NCBI RefSeq assembly: GCF_032191835.1
Contig: NC_083232.1
Coordinates: 72,416,001-72,480,000 of the forward strand
Length of the DNA: 64,000 nt
Reading direction: 5' to 3'
DNA from: Heteronotia binoei
Taxonomy: Eukaryota
Within the stretch, counting starts at the first letter, position 1. Every line of letters starts with the position of its first letter. The notes under the pieces are model-generated. The model worked only from the letters and a program-made list of their open reading frames with translations. It was not told where the DNA came from and did no database searches. A program made the position numbers and the translations under genes. Of this stretch, positions 13,201-23,548 are shown piece by piece.

Positions 13201-13756
13201 ACTTCTGAGGGAGCTGAGGACCACCACTCGGGATGCCGGCTGCTAGAGTGGTGGGAGGAGTCAGATGGGGGCATGGGTCTCGGAAACGTAGTTCCTGCTG
13301 GGCCCAGTCCACGATGGGGTTGTGCAGCTTCAGCCAGGAAAGGCCCAGAATCAGCGGGAAGCGAGGCATGCGGGCAACATTAAACTGCAGCTGTTCTTGG
13401 TGCTGCTGGACGTGGAAGGTGATGGGGCAGGTCTCCTGGGTGACGGGGCCAGAACGGAGGAGGCGCCCGTCGATAGCCTCCACCAGCGTTGGAGTCTCTT
13501 TTGTCTGCACTGGTATCTGGTGCTGCTTTACAAAGGCGGCATCTACGAAACAGTGGGCCGCTCCCGAGTCCAGCATGGCATATACGAACAGCCAGCGTTC
13601 ATCAGGCAGACGGAGTTTGACTGGTAGCAGGAACGGGCCCGGGGTATCAGTCTGCTGTTCGGAGGACCCAGCTAGTCGCCCCAGGCTGGAGGGCCCACTT
13701 ACGCCTGGGGCTGCTCTTTTGGCGGCGGTGGCAACGAGGGTCCGGGTATCCGACGC
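10061..13756 (-). CDS. pol: Pol frame (-1 relative to gag): protease, RT, RNase H, integrase, chromodomain
   Basis: Frame is open from 13756 (after a TAA at 13757-13759) to TGA at 10061-10063; the ORF track starts at an internal ATG (13576). Motifs: LDSGA (protease), YLDD (RT), DAS/E/TDH (RNase H), HHCC plus D-D-E and GPY (integrase), EYEV...YLVDWEGY...SWEP (chromodomain). Confidence 0.96.
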   Translation of the reverse strand, partial: ASDTRTLVATAAKRAAPGVSGPSSLGRLAGSSEQQTDTPGPFLLPVKLRLPDERWLFVYAMLDSGAAHCFVDAAFVKQHQIPVQTKETPTLVEAIDGRLLRSGPVTQETCPITFHVQQHQEQLQFNVARMPRFPLILGLSWLKLHNPIVDWAQQELRFRDPCPHLTPPTTLAAGIPSGGPQLPQKYADFADVFEETGADQLPPHRPYDCAIDLVPGAPLPVGRLYPMSEPELAALRDYLDKNLKRGFIRPSTSPLSAPVLFVKKKSGELRLCNDYRALNKITIRDRYPLPLIPELLDRLKGAQIYTKLDLRGTYNLVRIRPGDEWKTAFGTRYGQYEHLVMPFGLTNAPAVFQRFMNDIFRDLLDRFAIIYLDDILIYSRNPAQHAEHVRQVLQRLRAHGLYAKLEKCDFDLRSVEFLGHIVSPQGILMDPKKVEAVLTWQAPQNRKDLQRFLGFANYYRQFIPAYASLTTPLTQLLRPKEPFRWSPEADNAFSTLKTRFATGPLLRYPDSQLPFTVEADASNVALGAVLSQREEPSQPLQPCAYYSRQLTAAERNYTIWERELLAIKAAFEVWRHYLEGARHPVQVLTDHRNLEHLQTTRRLNQRQIRWSLFFSRFDFRISYIPHTQNRKADALSRKPEYAPASTETTPAAPILPPSVFAATSTSPALVEDIRASQANDPWVQQHLQALQDDPTGEFTTRGSLLLHRERLYVPPGPLRAEVLRLTHDSLPAGHFGQHKTTHLLTREFWWPRVHADVARYVSSCDVCRRAKDIPAKPSGLLQPLPTSSGPWETISMDFITELPRSKGQTCIWVVVDLFTKMAHFVPCPKLPTAQETAQLYLQHIFRLHGLPAHLISDRGPQFSSRFWQALHSSLGTRVHLSSAYHPQTDGQTERTNATLEQYLRCYTCYQQDDWTTLLPLAEFAYNNAVHSSTQMTPFAATYGYHPRFFPAILPPTNVPAVDAYLQELRASQDLLREQLHQAKEAYKRAADRKRQEGPPVQPGDQVWLSTRYLRRPGRSHKLDARFIGPYPVVEQINPVAFRLQLPPHLRIHPVFHRSLLVPAAPPDPARPPSPPPPPPVLVDDEEEYEVRQILDSRYHRGGLQYLVDWEGYGPEDRSWEPVDNLHAPDLVQQFHSDHPDLPGPSTEGGPGGGDSVMGAGDPAEETEPAEPAEATVPLPPAPVPLPPAEEDPSPPASPSRVARVRDRLRQDLRDRRRAARSQARRSLSPDW
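10293..10306 (-). promoter_or_regulatory. Polypurine tract
   Basis: GGGGGGGGGGATAG directly precedes the TG of the 3' LTR on the minus strand. Confidence 0.9.
13664..13723 (-). promoter_or_regulatory. Candidate -1 ribosomal frameshift signal (slippery site plus H-type pseudoknot)
   Basis: G_CCA_AAA_G (13723-13716), then a 6-nt spacer, stem 1 CCCCAGGC/GCCTGGGG (13710-13703 with 13686-13679) and stem 2 GGGCCC/GGGTCC (13696-13691 with 13669-13664). Lies in the gag/pol overlap. Confidence 0.65.
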
Positions 13757-14589
13757 TTAGCAGGGCAGCCAGAGGCATAGTGGCCTGCCGTACCGCAGTA
13801 AAGGCACAGATTCTGCGTGCGGCGTCTGGCCTTTTCTTCTGGAGTCAGGCGGGGTCGAGCAGCTCCAAGCTGCATAGGCTCCTCCTCGGCTCTGGTACTA
13901 ACTGGGGATGGGCGAGGAGCCAAGTGGCACGGCGCAGGGAGCTGGCGCCCTCTGGTCTTGGCTTGGCGGCGACTTTCCAGGCGGCCATCAATGCGGAGGC
14001 AGAGGGTGATAAGTCCTTGGAGCGTGGGTGGCGACTCCACCCTGGCCAGTTCATCCAGGACTTCCTCTGCCAGCCCCTCGGTAAACTGGTCCATTTGGGC
14101 AGCCTCATTCCACGCCAAGTCTTGGGCTAGGAGCTTGAATTCGGTGGCATACTGAGCCACTGAGGATTTGCCTTGTTTCAGCGCCCTGATCTTCCGGTTG
14201 GCTGTGGCTGCTTGGACTGGGTTTGAGAAGGCAGCAGACAGGTGGGCCTCAAACCCCTGGTAATCAGTCAGTAGGGGAGAGGACGCAACCAGCAAGGGTG
14301 TGGCCCATTTGGCCGCCTGCCCCTTTAACAGGCTGATGATGAAACACACCTTTGTTTTGTCGTTGGGGAAGTCCCGAGCTCTTAGTTCGAAGTACAGCCG
14401 GCACTGTGCTAGGAAAGCAGGAAATTCTTCCACGGCACCCCCAAATCTGTCAGGTGGGGGAACTGGGCACTTGGCTGGAGCACTGGCCACAGGTTGTTGC
14501 TGCAAGTGTACTACTGCCTGTGTCAGCTGCTGTACCTGGGCTTGGAGCGCAGCCAGTAGTCCTGTGGTTCCACTTGCTTCAGCATCCAT
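13699..14589 (-). CDS. gag: Gag (296 aa), PEG10/RTL-like capsid domain plus CCHC zinc knuckle
   Basis: Uninterrupted ORF with a strong Kozak context (CAGGATGG) and no upstream ATG after the predicted transcription start. Contains PDRFGG...FLAQC...[11 protein letters not shown]...AAKWA capsid motifs and [14 protein letters not shown]. Confidence 0.95.
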   Translation of the reverse strand: MDAEASGTTGLLAALQAQVQQLTQAVVHLQQQPVASAPAKCPVPPPDRFGGAVEEFPAFLAQCRLYFELRARDFPNDKTKVCFIISLLKGQAAKWATPLLVASSPLLTDYQGFEAHLSAAFSNPVQAATANRKIRALKQGKSSVAQYATEFKLLAQDLAWNEAAQMDQFTEGLAEEVLDELARVESPPTLQGLITLCLRIDGRLESRRQAKTRGRQLPAPCHLAPRPSPVSTRAEEEPMQLGAARPRLTPEEKARRRTQNLCLYCGTAGHYASGCPAKRRIPGPSLPPPPKEQPQA

Positions 14590-14614
14590 CCTGTGGAGTG
14601 GGTGTTGGTTGTGG

Positions 14615-14624
14615 GTGGAAGCAA
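14615..14624 (-). promoter_or_regulatory. Self-priming PBS (TTGCTTCCAC)
   Basis: Lies 2 nt inside the 5' LTR end and does not begin with TGG. It is the exact reverse complement of GTGGAAGCAA at 14862-14853 in the LTR. Confidence 0.8.
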
Positions 14625-14626
14625 TC

Positions 14627-15231
14627 TGTCACGAGCTGGGGCTGAGTCAGGCAAAGTCCAGGGGCGGTCCAAGGTCGGCAACTCGTGAGCAAGGAGGGTC
14701 CAAGGCGCCAAAACAGAATCGTAATCCAGGTATCACAGGTCAGAGGTTCAGAAGCCGAAGTCAGGGGGTCCAGAGGTCCAAGCCAAAGTCAGGAATCCAA
14801 AAGCCAAAGTCAAGAGCCGGAGTGGATGCTAGGATGTCAGGTATGTGACTAGTTGCTTCCACAAAGCCTCCTCCCAAAGCCCACAGCTATATAGCCCTCT
14901 GCTGCCTGTTGCTCATTTGGGCTAATTGCTGTCTCAGAGCAGCAGCCAGGATCCTGCCGAAACTTAAGCATCCTCACACTTAGAAGGGCCAGAATCCTTT
15001 CACCAATCAGGGCTCAGGGAGCGTCTTGCTTGTGAGCGTGCCGCCCTCCTCCGATCCCTGAGGTCCTGACGGAGGCGGTCACGCACACGAGCCACCCGAG
15101 AGGGCGAGGCAGGGGGGCTTGGATCTTCTTCAGCAGGAGGCAGGGGCACTGGTGCAGGTGGCAGAGGCACAGTTGCTTCTGCAGGCTCTGCAGGCTCGGT
15201 TTCTTCTGCAGGGTCCCCAGCACCCATGACA
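14627..15231 (-). repeat. 5' LTR (605 bp)
   Basis: Direct repeat of 9688-10292. The only difference found by eye is G14886 versus A9947. Confidence 0.97.
14888..14893 (-). promoter_or_regulatory. LTR TATA box (TATATA); predicted transcription start at ~14862
   Basis: TATATAG lies 31 nt upstream of the PBS-complementary G. Also present at 9949-9954 and in the solo LTR. Confidence 0.72.
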
Positions 15232-16950
15232 TACACATCTGTAAGTTGCAAACCTACTTTTGATTCATTGGCATTCATTACAGATATCTCATGGTCAATG
15301 CTTCGAGGCTAAGACCCAGAGGAACATGAAGCAGTTGGACACTGTGAGCTTTTGTACAGAAGTTGCTTAATGCACTAGTCAAGAACATGTGAAGGCACCA
15401 TGGCATAGACTGAGGACTATGTGCTTGTCTACAAAACTATAATTTTCCCCAGAAAATTTTCCCCTGGGGTGGAACACACTCTCAGCTTAATTTTGATATT
15501 TCTTTTCTAAATAGTTCACATGCTTTCCTATTGAGAAAGACTGGAGGGCATGAGTACAGTGAAAAAGAGGAGAGGAACCCAGTTACACCCATAACAAGCC
15601 CAAAAAAACTCTCCCTCTCTCTGTAGCAAGGCAAAAAGCTCATACCTTCACTAAAACGTTGCTAGTCTTAAAAGCACTCTTTGTAGCACTCCTGATGGTG
15701 GGGACTGGCAAAAGCAGCTCTGGCTCTTTCTTTCCTTCCCTGGGGCACGATGAGGGGGAGGAGCCTCAGCCATTTATTAGAAGGAAGAGAGGTTTGTCTC
15801 AGTAGCTCTCAGGGTGATTAATTGAGCCTGGCAAACTTAATCACCCAGCAGAGCTATAGAGCTAAGCTATAGAGCTCAGCCACTGGCTGAGGCTGCTCTT
15901 CCCTCCTCCTCCCTTTGGGAAAAGAGAGGGGGGAGAGGGAAAGGCTGCTTTGCTGCTCTGGCCTGTCCGGGGAGAAACACAAAATGGCGACCGGAAAAAG
16001 CAGGCAAGGGAAAATGAAGCAGACAAGTCAGTTGCTGGAGGGCCTGATTGGAGCCCTCAGTGGGCCTGATCCGGCCTGCAAGCTGTATGTTTGACACCCT
16101 TGCTTTAGAGGGACAGCCATGCCACTATATACAGAAACACACATACCATTTAAGAATGTTATGATGCAGTAGCTGTTCACAATTGAATGAGCAGCTACTA
16201 AAGCACAGACTAATGCACACCAATGGAGAATGTTTGATAGTTATATGTGTATGCAGAAAAAAACAACTATTACTTTAAAACTGTGCAGGCCCTGCCATCA
16301 ACTTCCTGGAATGCAACCAAAGATCCAGAGACTTCAGCAGAAGCAGAACTTTCCCCTTCTCTCTCCTGTGGCAGCTCACTGAGCTCACACCCCAAATTTT
16401 GTTTCTGGGTGTTGGTGGACTCTCAGGGACAACACAGGGTGAAATGGGGAGTCTCCAGTGGGAATTAATGGAAACTGCCAACCCCTCTTCCTACCACTTT
16501 GGAACTGCATGGTTAAATACCTATCATTCCTTTCTAACTACCAAAAATGAGCTATGAAATAAATAAACCCATGAAGGAGCTGTGTGCTAAGAAACTTCCA
16601 AATAACTTAAAATGGAGGGGGAGGGATAAGCTATACAATCATTACTTTGCATCATTATTTTGCTTGTTGTATTCATGTAAATAGTTATACCCTGCTTTTC
16701 CCCAACTAAACTGTCTCCTTGAGAAAGTTTTTTTAAAAGATGTAATTCATGCACTGCCATATACTTGAACTCTAGAACAATACATTAAATCACATACTGG
16801 TCGGATGAGCTGTGTGCAGTATGCAATAAACCAACTGTAATAATCTCCTTACTGCATTCCACACAACAATCACAGTAACTGTGAAACTGCTGTCTGGGGC
16901 AAGTGTTGCATGTTCTCCAGGTCCAAAATTGGTCCAGGCCTCCTCTCCAT

Positions 16951-17123
16951 GGAAAGGACTTTCTCAGCAGTAGAGCTTCTGTGTTGCATGCAGAAGGTTC
17001 CAAATTCAGTCCTATGCACGTTCAGTTAAAGGGGTCAGGTAGTAACCTGAGACCCCAGAGAGATGCTGCCAGTCTATAATAGACCAAGGGCCTGATTCAG
17101 TATAAGGCAGCTTCATGAACTCA
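16951..17123 (+). mobile_element. Older copy of the CR1-tailed tRNA SINE
   Basis: Ends GATTCAGTATAAGGCAGCTTCATG, shared with 37722-37923. Confidence 0.68.
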
Positions 17124-18751
17124 TCATGGTTTGAATGTCTAGAGAATGTTATACTCTCAAAGTGCTACCTGAAGACTATGTGAAACCAGCTGAATTTTTT
17201 AAAAGCATGCATTACATGCACAAAAATATCTTTTTAGTGACATTCAGAAAGCCTTCTTTGCAGGCTGACAGTTCTGCCCTCAAAACACTTCCTTCTCCAT
17301 TAACAGCTGCCTACAGATTGTTACCCATCAGAAATTTTCCTCACTAGACTTTTTCCAGTGGCACGGTGCTTATGTCCATGGTTACTAGAAAGGATCATTC
17401 AGAGTGAGAAAGAGAACAGATTTTATCGTTTTCTGAAGTGAAACTTTTTAGTTCCAATTTTAGCTTTCAGACTTCCTGGTTTCAAAAACAGTGTGAAAGT
17501 AGATAATCTCAAGTGCTGGTGAAAACATGTTCTTCGGCACTACTGAAGTCCTCTCAGGCTTTACAGCCCACCAACCTGAGAAGAATGCAAGCAGATGGCC
17601 TGAACAGAAAGACATCATTATTACATTAGCCTGAAGACATTTGCAGCTCCAGTACGTTGTTTCAACAAGCCAGGTATTATAACCAAAAACTGTGTGAGAA
17701 TATCAAGTTAAACTCACTCAGAGCAGGGGGATAAATTAAGGCTTCACATACTGCCTGATTTTTTTTCTTGCTGGAAAATATGTTTTAATTTATAGCCATA
17801 AAACCATATTTACAGTGTTATCGAGGGTGATGATTTTGTTATATATTTGATTAATTACAACTAAACTGTAGTGACAAGCCACTTTTAAAAACTTGGAAGC
17901 GCTGTTCAAACAACTAAAAGACTGTGAAGGGTTAATTCTTCACAGAACCAGAGAGCCTTGAGTGACAGGTGGCTTCAAGCAATCTGATTGGTGGGCATCA
18001 GCTGAGGGAAAACGGTATTTTGAGAGAGCTGGATGTTGAGGAGATTTCATTTGGAATTCAGCCTTGACTGAAAGCAGTTTTAACACAGGAGAACTCAGGA
18101 AAGTTGGCAAGGATGAGTGGGTAGATAAAGACTCCCATTCAGGCCAAAGAAAGGGGTAGATCTTCTAGTGAGAAGCAAATTTTCCTACCAAATCAAACAG
18201 GGAGTTAGCTCTGAAGAGTGGAGAGATTCCTGGTCTGATGTGGTTAGAAACTGCCTTTAGAGACCTTGTCAGTTAAAAACTCAAGATGAGTGCTGGTGTT
18301 TCAAGAGAAGGGATGTGGGTACCGGACAAAGTGTACCAAGCTTCTGGGAACCAAATGAATCAGAAAATACTCAAAGAAAGTGTACTACAGTGTTTGGGAA
18401 AACACTGGAACAAAAGTCTCTCAGCATAAAGATTTTAAGTAATTACTGAATAGCTTAAGAAACTCTCATTAATCTAAAACATAAGAACTAAATTCTGTGC
18501 ATGTACTGGTTTTACCTCATTAATATTTAGTTACTTCAGGAATGTTACCCCTGATTTCACCTGAGCCCTCTATGTTGAATAAAATATTTTATTTATTTGA
18601 AATATAAAAACTTTTCAAGTGTCATTTAAGTCATATAAGTTAAAGGGGGCTCCCATTCCTTCCCCTTCCTGGGCTAAGCAAACAGCCAAAATATTACACT
18701 GTGACAGGGGGGACAGCCAGAATTCTTGAGGTCAGAAGAAAACAGATAACT

Positions 18752-18840
18752 GGTGGGGGGGATGTTGTTAGCCGCCCTGAGCCTGCTTCGGTGGGGAGGG
18801 TGGGATATAAATGTGAAAATAAATAAAATAAATAAAACAA
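18752..18840 (+). mobile_element. L2-type 3' end
   Basis: GTTAGCCGCCCTGAGCCTGCTTCGG...GGGATATAAAT followed by an (AAAT)n tail. An inverse copy lies at ~57640-57718. Confidence 0.6.
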
Positions 18841-19091
18841 AAATGGAGAAGAAATCTTGCCTCTGAGGGAGGGAACTGGGTGGGGCTGTCATGTAATTCT
18901 GAAGCATCAACATTACACTGTCTCAAAACGTAATGTGATCAAATGATCTTAGGGGAATGTGGAAGCTAAACATTCAGAGATCTCATCCCAATTGCTGCAG
19001 TTATAACACATATTTTCTGCTAGTTTGGAAGTATAGTGCATATAAGCAGGAGGAAAAGGAAGTTGTAGAACTATTTACATAGTAAACTTAC

Positions 19092-19169
19092 CGACAAAAT
19101 ATTACTGAGACTCATCAGCCGAGAAATTGCAACATTGAACAAGAAATCCTTCAGGAAATATTCTGTTAC
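19092..19169 (-). CDS. LARS2: LARS2 coding exon (~exon 19), 78 bp
   Basis: ATTAG|GTA...TCG|GTAAGT. Encodes VTEYFLKDFLFNVAISRLMSLSNILS, an anticodon-binding helical domain segment. Phase 0-0. Confidence 0.92.
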
Positions 19170-19567
19170 CTAATTAGAATAAAGGCAGAAAAAAACCATT
19201 GATGAAGTAGATTACTGCGTCATTGAGGTTCTCTCACTGTGAAAGACATAAGCAGAAACAAATGTCTGAGGGCCTCGAGGTACATATATACCATCTACAT
19301 GTAATTTTGAATGATCTTGTTTTTGAGCTCAAACAATAACCTTTCTTTATGCACATTTAAGAAAACAAAAGAAGTCTGGAATATGGCTTCCTCCCCCCCC
19401 TCATCAATTAGGCTTGAATATCAATAGGAAAAAAAGATTTTAGTATGCTTTAAAATCCCCGAAGATGAACCCTAAGAAGCAAAAACAGGAGATCTGTTCA
19501 CTGTCTCCTTGTGCATTCAGTAAACACAAAGACAAAGCACACTGCACATTCAGTTAACACAAGGGCA

Positions 19568-19800
19568 AAGCCAGTGTGGTGTAGTAGTTAGAGTGCTGGA
19601 CAAAGAGATGGGAGACTCCAGTTCAAATTGCCACTTTGCCATAAAAGGTTGCTTGGGAACCCTAGGCCTGTTGCATACTCAGCCTAACCTATTTTACAGA
19701 CTTCTGAGATTAAAATGAAGGCAAGGAGAATACACAATGGAGACAACAGGAACCACTTCGGGTTCCCATTGGGAGAATGTCAGGGTATAAATAAATTATA
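19568..19800 (+). mobile_element. Old MIR-like tRNA SINE
   Basis: GCCAGTGTGGTGTAGTAGTTAGAGTG head and A-rich tail. Similar copies at ~27575-27785 (+), ~4322-4530 (-) and ~61985-62200 (-). Confidence 0.6.
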
Positions 19801-20377
19801 AAGACCAGGGTATGAAAGGACAGGTTGCATCATTTACATCTCTCTGCCAGGACTTAAATAACAGTTGAACTTGTTCCACATGTCCAAGGGAACTTCTCCC
19901 TTTTGCTACCTGAAGATACTGCATTGCTTCCGCATTTGGCATGGCAAACAAGAATTTAAAAATGGAAAGAAGGAACAAAGGCAGTTTGTGATGCTGTTTT
20001 GTTTTTCCAAGTAATAAATCCCACTATGTTGTTGAGATGGCCTAACACAGAACCTTGTCTTATATCTGCATGTTAATCTGCTACATACAAAATAGATTTG
20101 GAAAATTGAAAACAAGATTCTCTCCACCCCTCCCCAACCATATGCAGTATGCATGCATATAATACCCAGCCATAAGCTTTCAAACACATATGGTGACAGC
20201 ATACTATACACCTCTGAGAACCAAACACTTTCAAACGGAATGTTTCAAAAGGAATGAAATGCATCTCTTCAAGTTGTCCCACTGAAAAAATCCTCAGTCG
20301 ATTTATTAAACGAGCAGTTATTTTAATTATGCTTCTACAGACTGCTGTAAAGCTCACTGAAAAACTAACAGACCCTT

Positions 20378-20888
20378 TAAAAAAAAAAGGCAGGTAGTCC
20401 CCTGTGCAAGCACCAGTTGTTTCCGACTCTGGGGTGACGTTGCTTTCACAACGTTTTCACGGCAGACTTTTTTACGGAGTGGTTTGCCATTTATCAAAGA
20501 TTTCAGGTTTTCACGGCTGGTAACATCATTAGGGTTTGTAGAATCTTTCGGGATCAAGTGCCGTGTTCTACTGGAGAAAGTTTTCCTTCCAGACGTTTCG
20601 TTCTCCGCAGCTGAGAACGAAACGTCTGGAAGGAAAACTTTCTCCAGTAGAACACGGCACTTGATCCCGAAAGATTCTACAAACCCTAATGGTTTGCCAT
20701 TTCCTTCCCCAGTCATCTACACTTCCCCCACAGCAAGCTGGGTACTCATTTTACCTCGGAAGGATAAAAGGCTGAGTCAACCTCGAGGTGGCTACCTGAA
20801 CCCAGCTTCTGCCGGGATCGAACTCAGGTTGTGAGCAGAGGTTAGGACTGCAGTACTGCAGTTTTACCACTCTGTGCCACGGGGCTCT
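20378..20888 (-). mobile_element. Sauria-type SINE interrupted by a Penelope-like insertion
   Basis: tRNA-like head with A box TGGCACAGAGTGG and B box GAGTTCGATCC. Colinear with 51704-51988. 12-bp TSD TAACAGACCCTT (20366-20377, 20889-20900). Confidence 0.88.
20493..20689 (-). mobile_element. Penelope-like element (PLE) 3' fragment with inverted 5' duplication; perfect palindrome 20527-20691
   Basis: 79-bp perfect arms around a 7-nt loop. 13-bp TSD TGGTTTGCCATTT (20480-20492, 20690-20702). The GAAACGTC...AGAACACGGC...GCCGTGAAA layout resembles squamate Penelope pseudo-LTR ends (from recall). Confidence 0.75.
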
Positions 20889-22022
20889 TAACAGACCCTT
20901 ACCTGACCGTTACATCTTACAGAAACACCCATATCTTGTGCTCTTAACAGCATTTCTGTACAGACCGTGCTACATGAAGACATTTTGTTCATGTATAAAA
21001 GATATACAACAGAAACAATTCCTGCTGTCAGCCACAAACAGCTTCTACTGGGGCCAGGGTCTGGATTAGGGCAACTAATAGCAAGGAAGAGCAGCCTAAG
21101 TATTGTATATGAAACACCAGGGCTTAGGCTGTTTCTTACAGGCGTAACCAGGACAGGAAATGAGAAGTCTGTGCCAGTGTTACGAGGCAGATTCTGAAAT
21201 TTAAACTGAACTCAGAACAACAGACACCTAGAAAATCTTCATATGTCACTTCCTACTATCTACTACTATCTCTATTTGAATTACTTGCATCTATTGTCCA
21301 AGGAGCTCAAGGCAATGTGAGCTCATTTCTTCTCATATAACAACCTTGTGAGGTAGTTAGATTGAAAGCTAATGACCAGCCGCCACACAAACAGAGTGCT
21401 TCTTGACTGAGTGGGCATTTGAAACCAGGCCTCAGTGGTCCAAGTCTGCTGGTTCACTGTCTCCTTTCATGGGCTACCATCTTCCTTCCTTCCCTCTGCC
21501 TATCAATATCAAATCCCCTAGACAGGTGCTAGATATATAGGTCAAACCCCCAAGGCAGATCTAGATATATAGATGCGGAGATGCCCTGGTAGATGTCTCT
21601 CTCTCTCCCTCTTTAATAAGAAGCAAAATTCATGGTAATGTACCTTGTATGATCATCAGCCAGCAACATTTCAGAAATCCTTCCTGTTGTTTTTACAGGA
21701 ATAGTACAGAAGGCATAGTTGTACTATGCACATAGCATAGTAGCTCTTTTCTGGAAATACAACAGTTTAATAAGCTAAATGCACACACAAGAGCCTCAGG
21801 GCATGTCTAGCCTTGTGACATCTGTGGCCATCACTAACACCGTTATAGAACAGTGTGTACTTTCCCCAGGTTATAAGGAGGGAGTTGAGAAGAGGACTTC
21901 AAAGGGCTAATGTTCTACTAATTTTTTTAAAAAGCACTCTAAAATTTCTGCGACAACCAGCAAAATATCATGAAAGACCGAACGGCTCCACCATTTTTAG
22001 AATAGTCAGAATTCTTTCTAAC

Positions 22023-22192
22023 CTCGGAGACCACAAAGTTCTTCTGCTTCCAGATACGTTTGGCTTCAGCTTGCTCTTTTTGATTCAGGAGCTGAGGACT
22101 GGGCAGCGTTCCAGAATCCCTGGCTTCAATAAGTTTGGTTGCTAAGTGCCAGAGGCGAGATTGCCATCTCTGAACCCCAGGGATTGCATCAG
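22023..22192 (-). CDS. LARS2: LARS2 coding exon (~exon 18), 170 bp
   Basis: TTTAG|CT...GAG|GTTAGA. Encodes DAIPGVQRWQSRLWHLATKLIEARDSGTLPSPQLLNQKEQAEAKRIWKQKNFVVSE. Phase 1-0. Confidence 0.93.
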
Positions 22193-22648
22193 CTAAATTT
22201 AATGAAAAATGGCAGGAGAGAAAAGGAGAGAGAGAGAGAGGTTTTCATTAATGCAAGTTAAGGTAACATCTTTCAAGGAATAGACTGTCAGAGAGGATTC
22301 CCACTTGAAATGAGTCAGCGTATAAAACACTGAAAGATCCTGGTTTGCTTTATTAATGTTTAGTTACATAACGGAGTATAAATAATTCTTCCCTGATTTA
22401 ACTCTATCAGCAGCTAAGTGTTATTATTGTTATTAAATATTTTCTGTCATAGTTTTCCAGGGCTGAATGGCTAGTGGTACAAACTCCTTATCAGAGACAC
22501 ATTCCGATGACAGATGCAACAACCCTCTTATGCCTGTCTAAGTGCTTGCAAAGGCGATCAAAGAGACAGAGACTGCTTCAGGGGATGTGTAACTTGAAAG
22601 GGGAAGAAAGCCAGGTTCTGCTGAACTAAGGGATGTGAGTCTATAGTT

Positions 22649-22922
22649 CAGGGCTGGCCAAACCTGCATAATATGAGACCCACATAGAAAGAATGTCAGA
22701 TGTCAGAAGGCAGACAGGCAGTTAGATGGGGGAGGAAGAGGTGGAAAGAAAGCAACTTCAAATGCATTCTCCAAACCACTGTCTGACTTGGCTTGGAGAA
22801 GTGATTTAAAGAGAGAAATGATTTCTCCAAGCTGGCCAATGGAGCAGTGGGGGCTTCGAGAGCTACGCAATATGTATGAAAGAGCCACATGTGTCTCCCA
22901 AGCCTCAGTTTGGCCACCCCTG
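22649..22922. mobile_element. hAT MITE (274 bp)
   Basis: CAGGGCTGGCCAAAC / GTTTGGCCACCCCTG TIRs. 8-bp TSD CTATAGTT/CTATGGTT. Confidence 0.82.
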
Positions 22923-23305
22923 CTATGGTTGCCCTGATTAATAATCCTGGAATGACTACAATTTTGTCATGAGACTTTGTCTTTTAAACATGACTGAGGC
23001 CCAGTCAGCTGGCTGGCCCTTTTACACAGCCAAGCCCTCTTGCGTAGAAGCATCATGTTTGCAAGAGCACCAGATTCGTGTTCATAAGAAAAAGAGGAAA
23101 GCGGTTTTGATAGGGAAAGCTGAAATAACCTTGTGCAATGTGTGTGACTTCGGAGGAAGCCCTCCATTCTTCCAAATTCACTTTGTGACAGGTCTCTTTA
23201 GTAGTAAGTTGTATTAAATATTTTATGACTACTACGAAAATATATTTTTTCATAACCAGAAACCATTCTGCAGGTTGAATGTAAAGTTGAGGAACAGAGG
23301 GATCA

Positions 23306-23548
<243 letters not shown>

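Larger units (their letters stand above)
9688..15231 (-). mobile_element. Full-length Ty3/Gypsy chromovirus LTR retrotransposon (Tf1/sushi group), 5544 bp
   Basis: TG...CA termini with TGTCA/TGACA inverted ends. Two 605-bp LTRs. 5-bp TSD TACAC (9683-9687, 15232-15236). gag and pol in PR-RT-RH-IN-chromodomain order. Polypurine tract (PPT) adjacent to the 3' LTR. Confidence 0.98.
9384..16102. mobile_element. Non-autonomous hAT element (~1.17 kb) split by the LTR retrotransposon
   Basis: Terminal inverted repeats (TIRs) CACGGGTGTCAAAC / GTTTGACACCCTTG and a perfect 8-bp TSD CTTTAGAG (9376-9383, 16103-16110). Related to the copy at 35236-35791. Confidence 0.88.

Noticed and set aside
10343-14848. 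Many 60-206 aa ORFs overlapping gag/pol on the opposite strand or in other frames
   Set aside because: These are shadow ORFs expected in GC-rich coding sequence, with no recognisable motifs.
17860-18330. Possible additional old LTR (also ~24000-24900 and ~43700-44000)
   Set aside because: Composition is suggestive only; I could not establish TG...CA ends with a TSD, a second copy or retroelement coding motifs.
20354-20834. Two ~120-aa ORFs with mirrored sequence
   Set aside because: Artefacts of the perfect palindrome inside a SINE.
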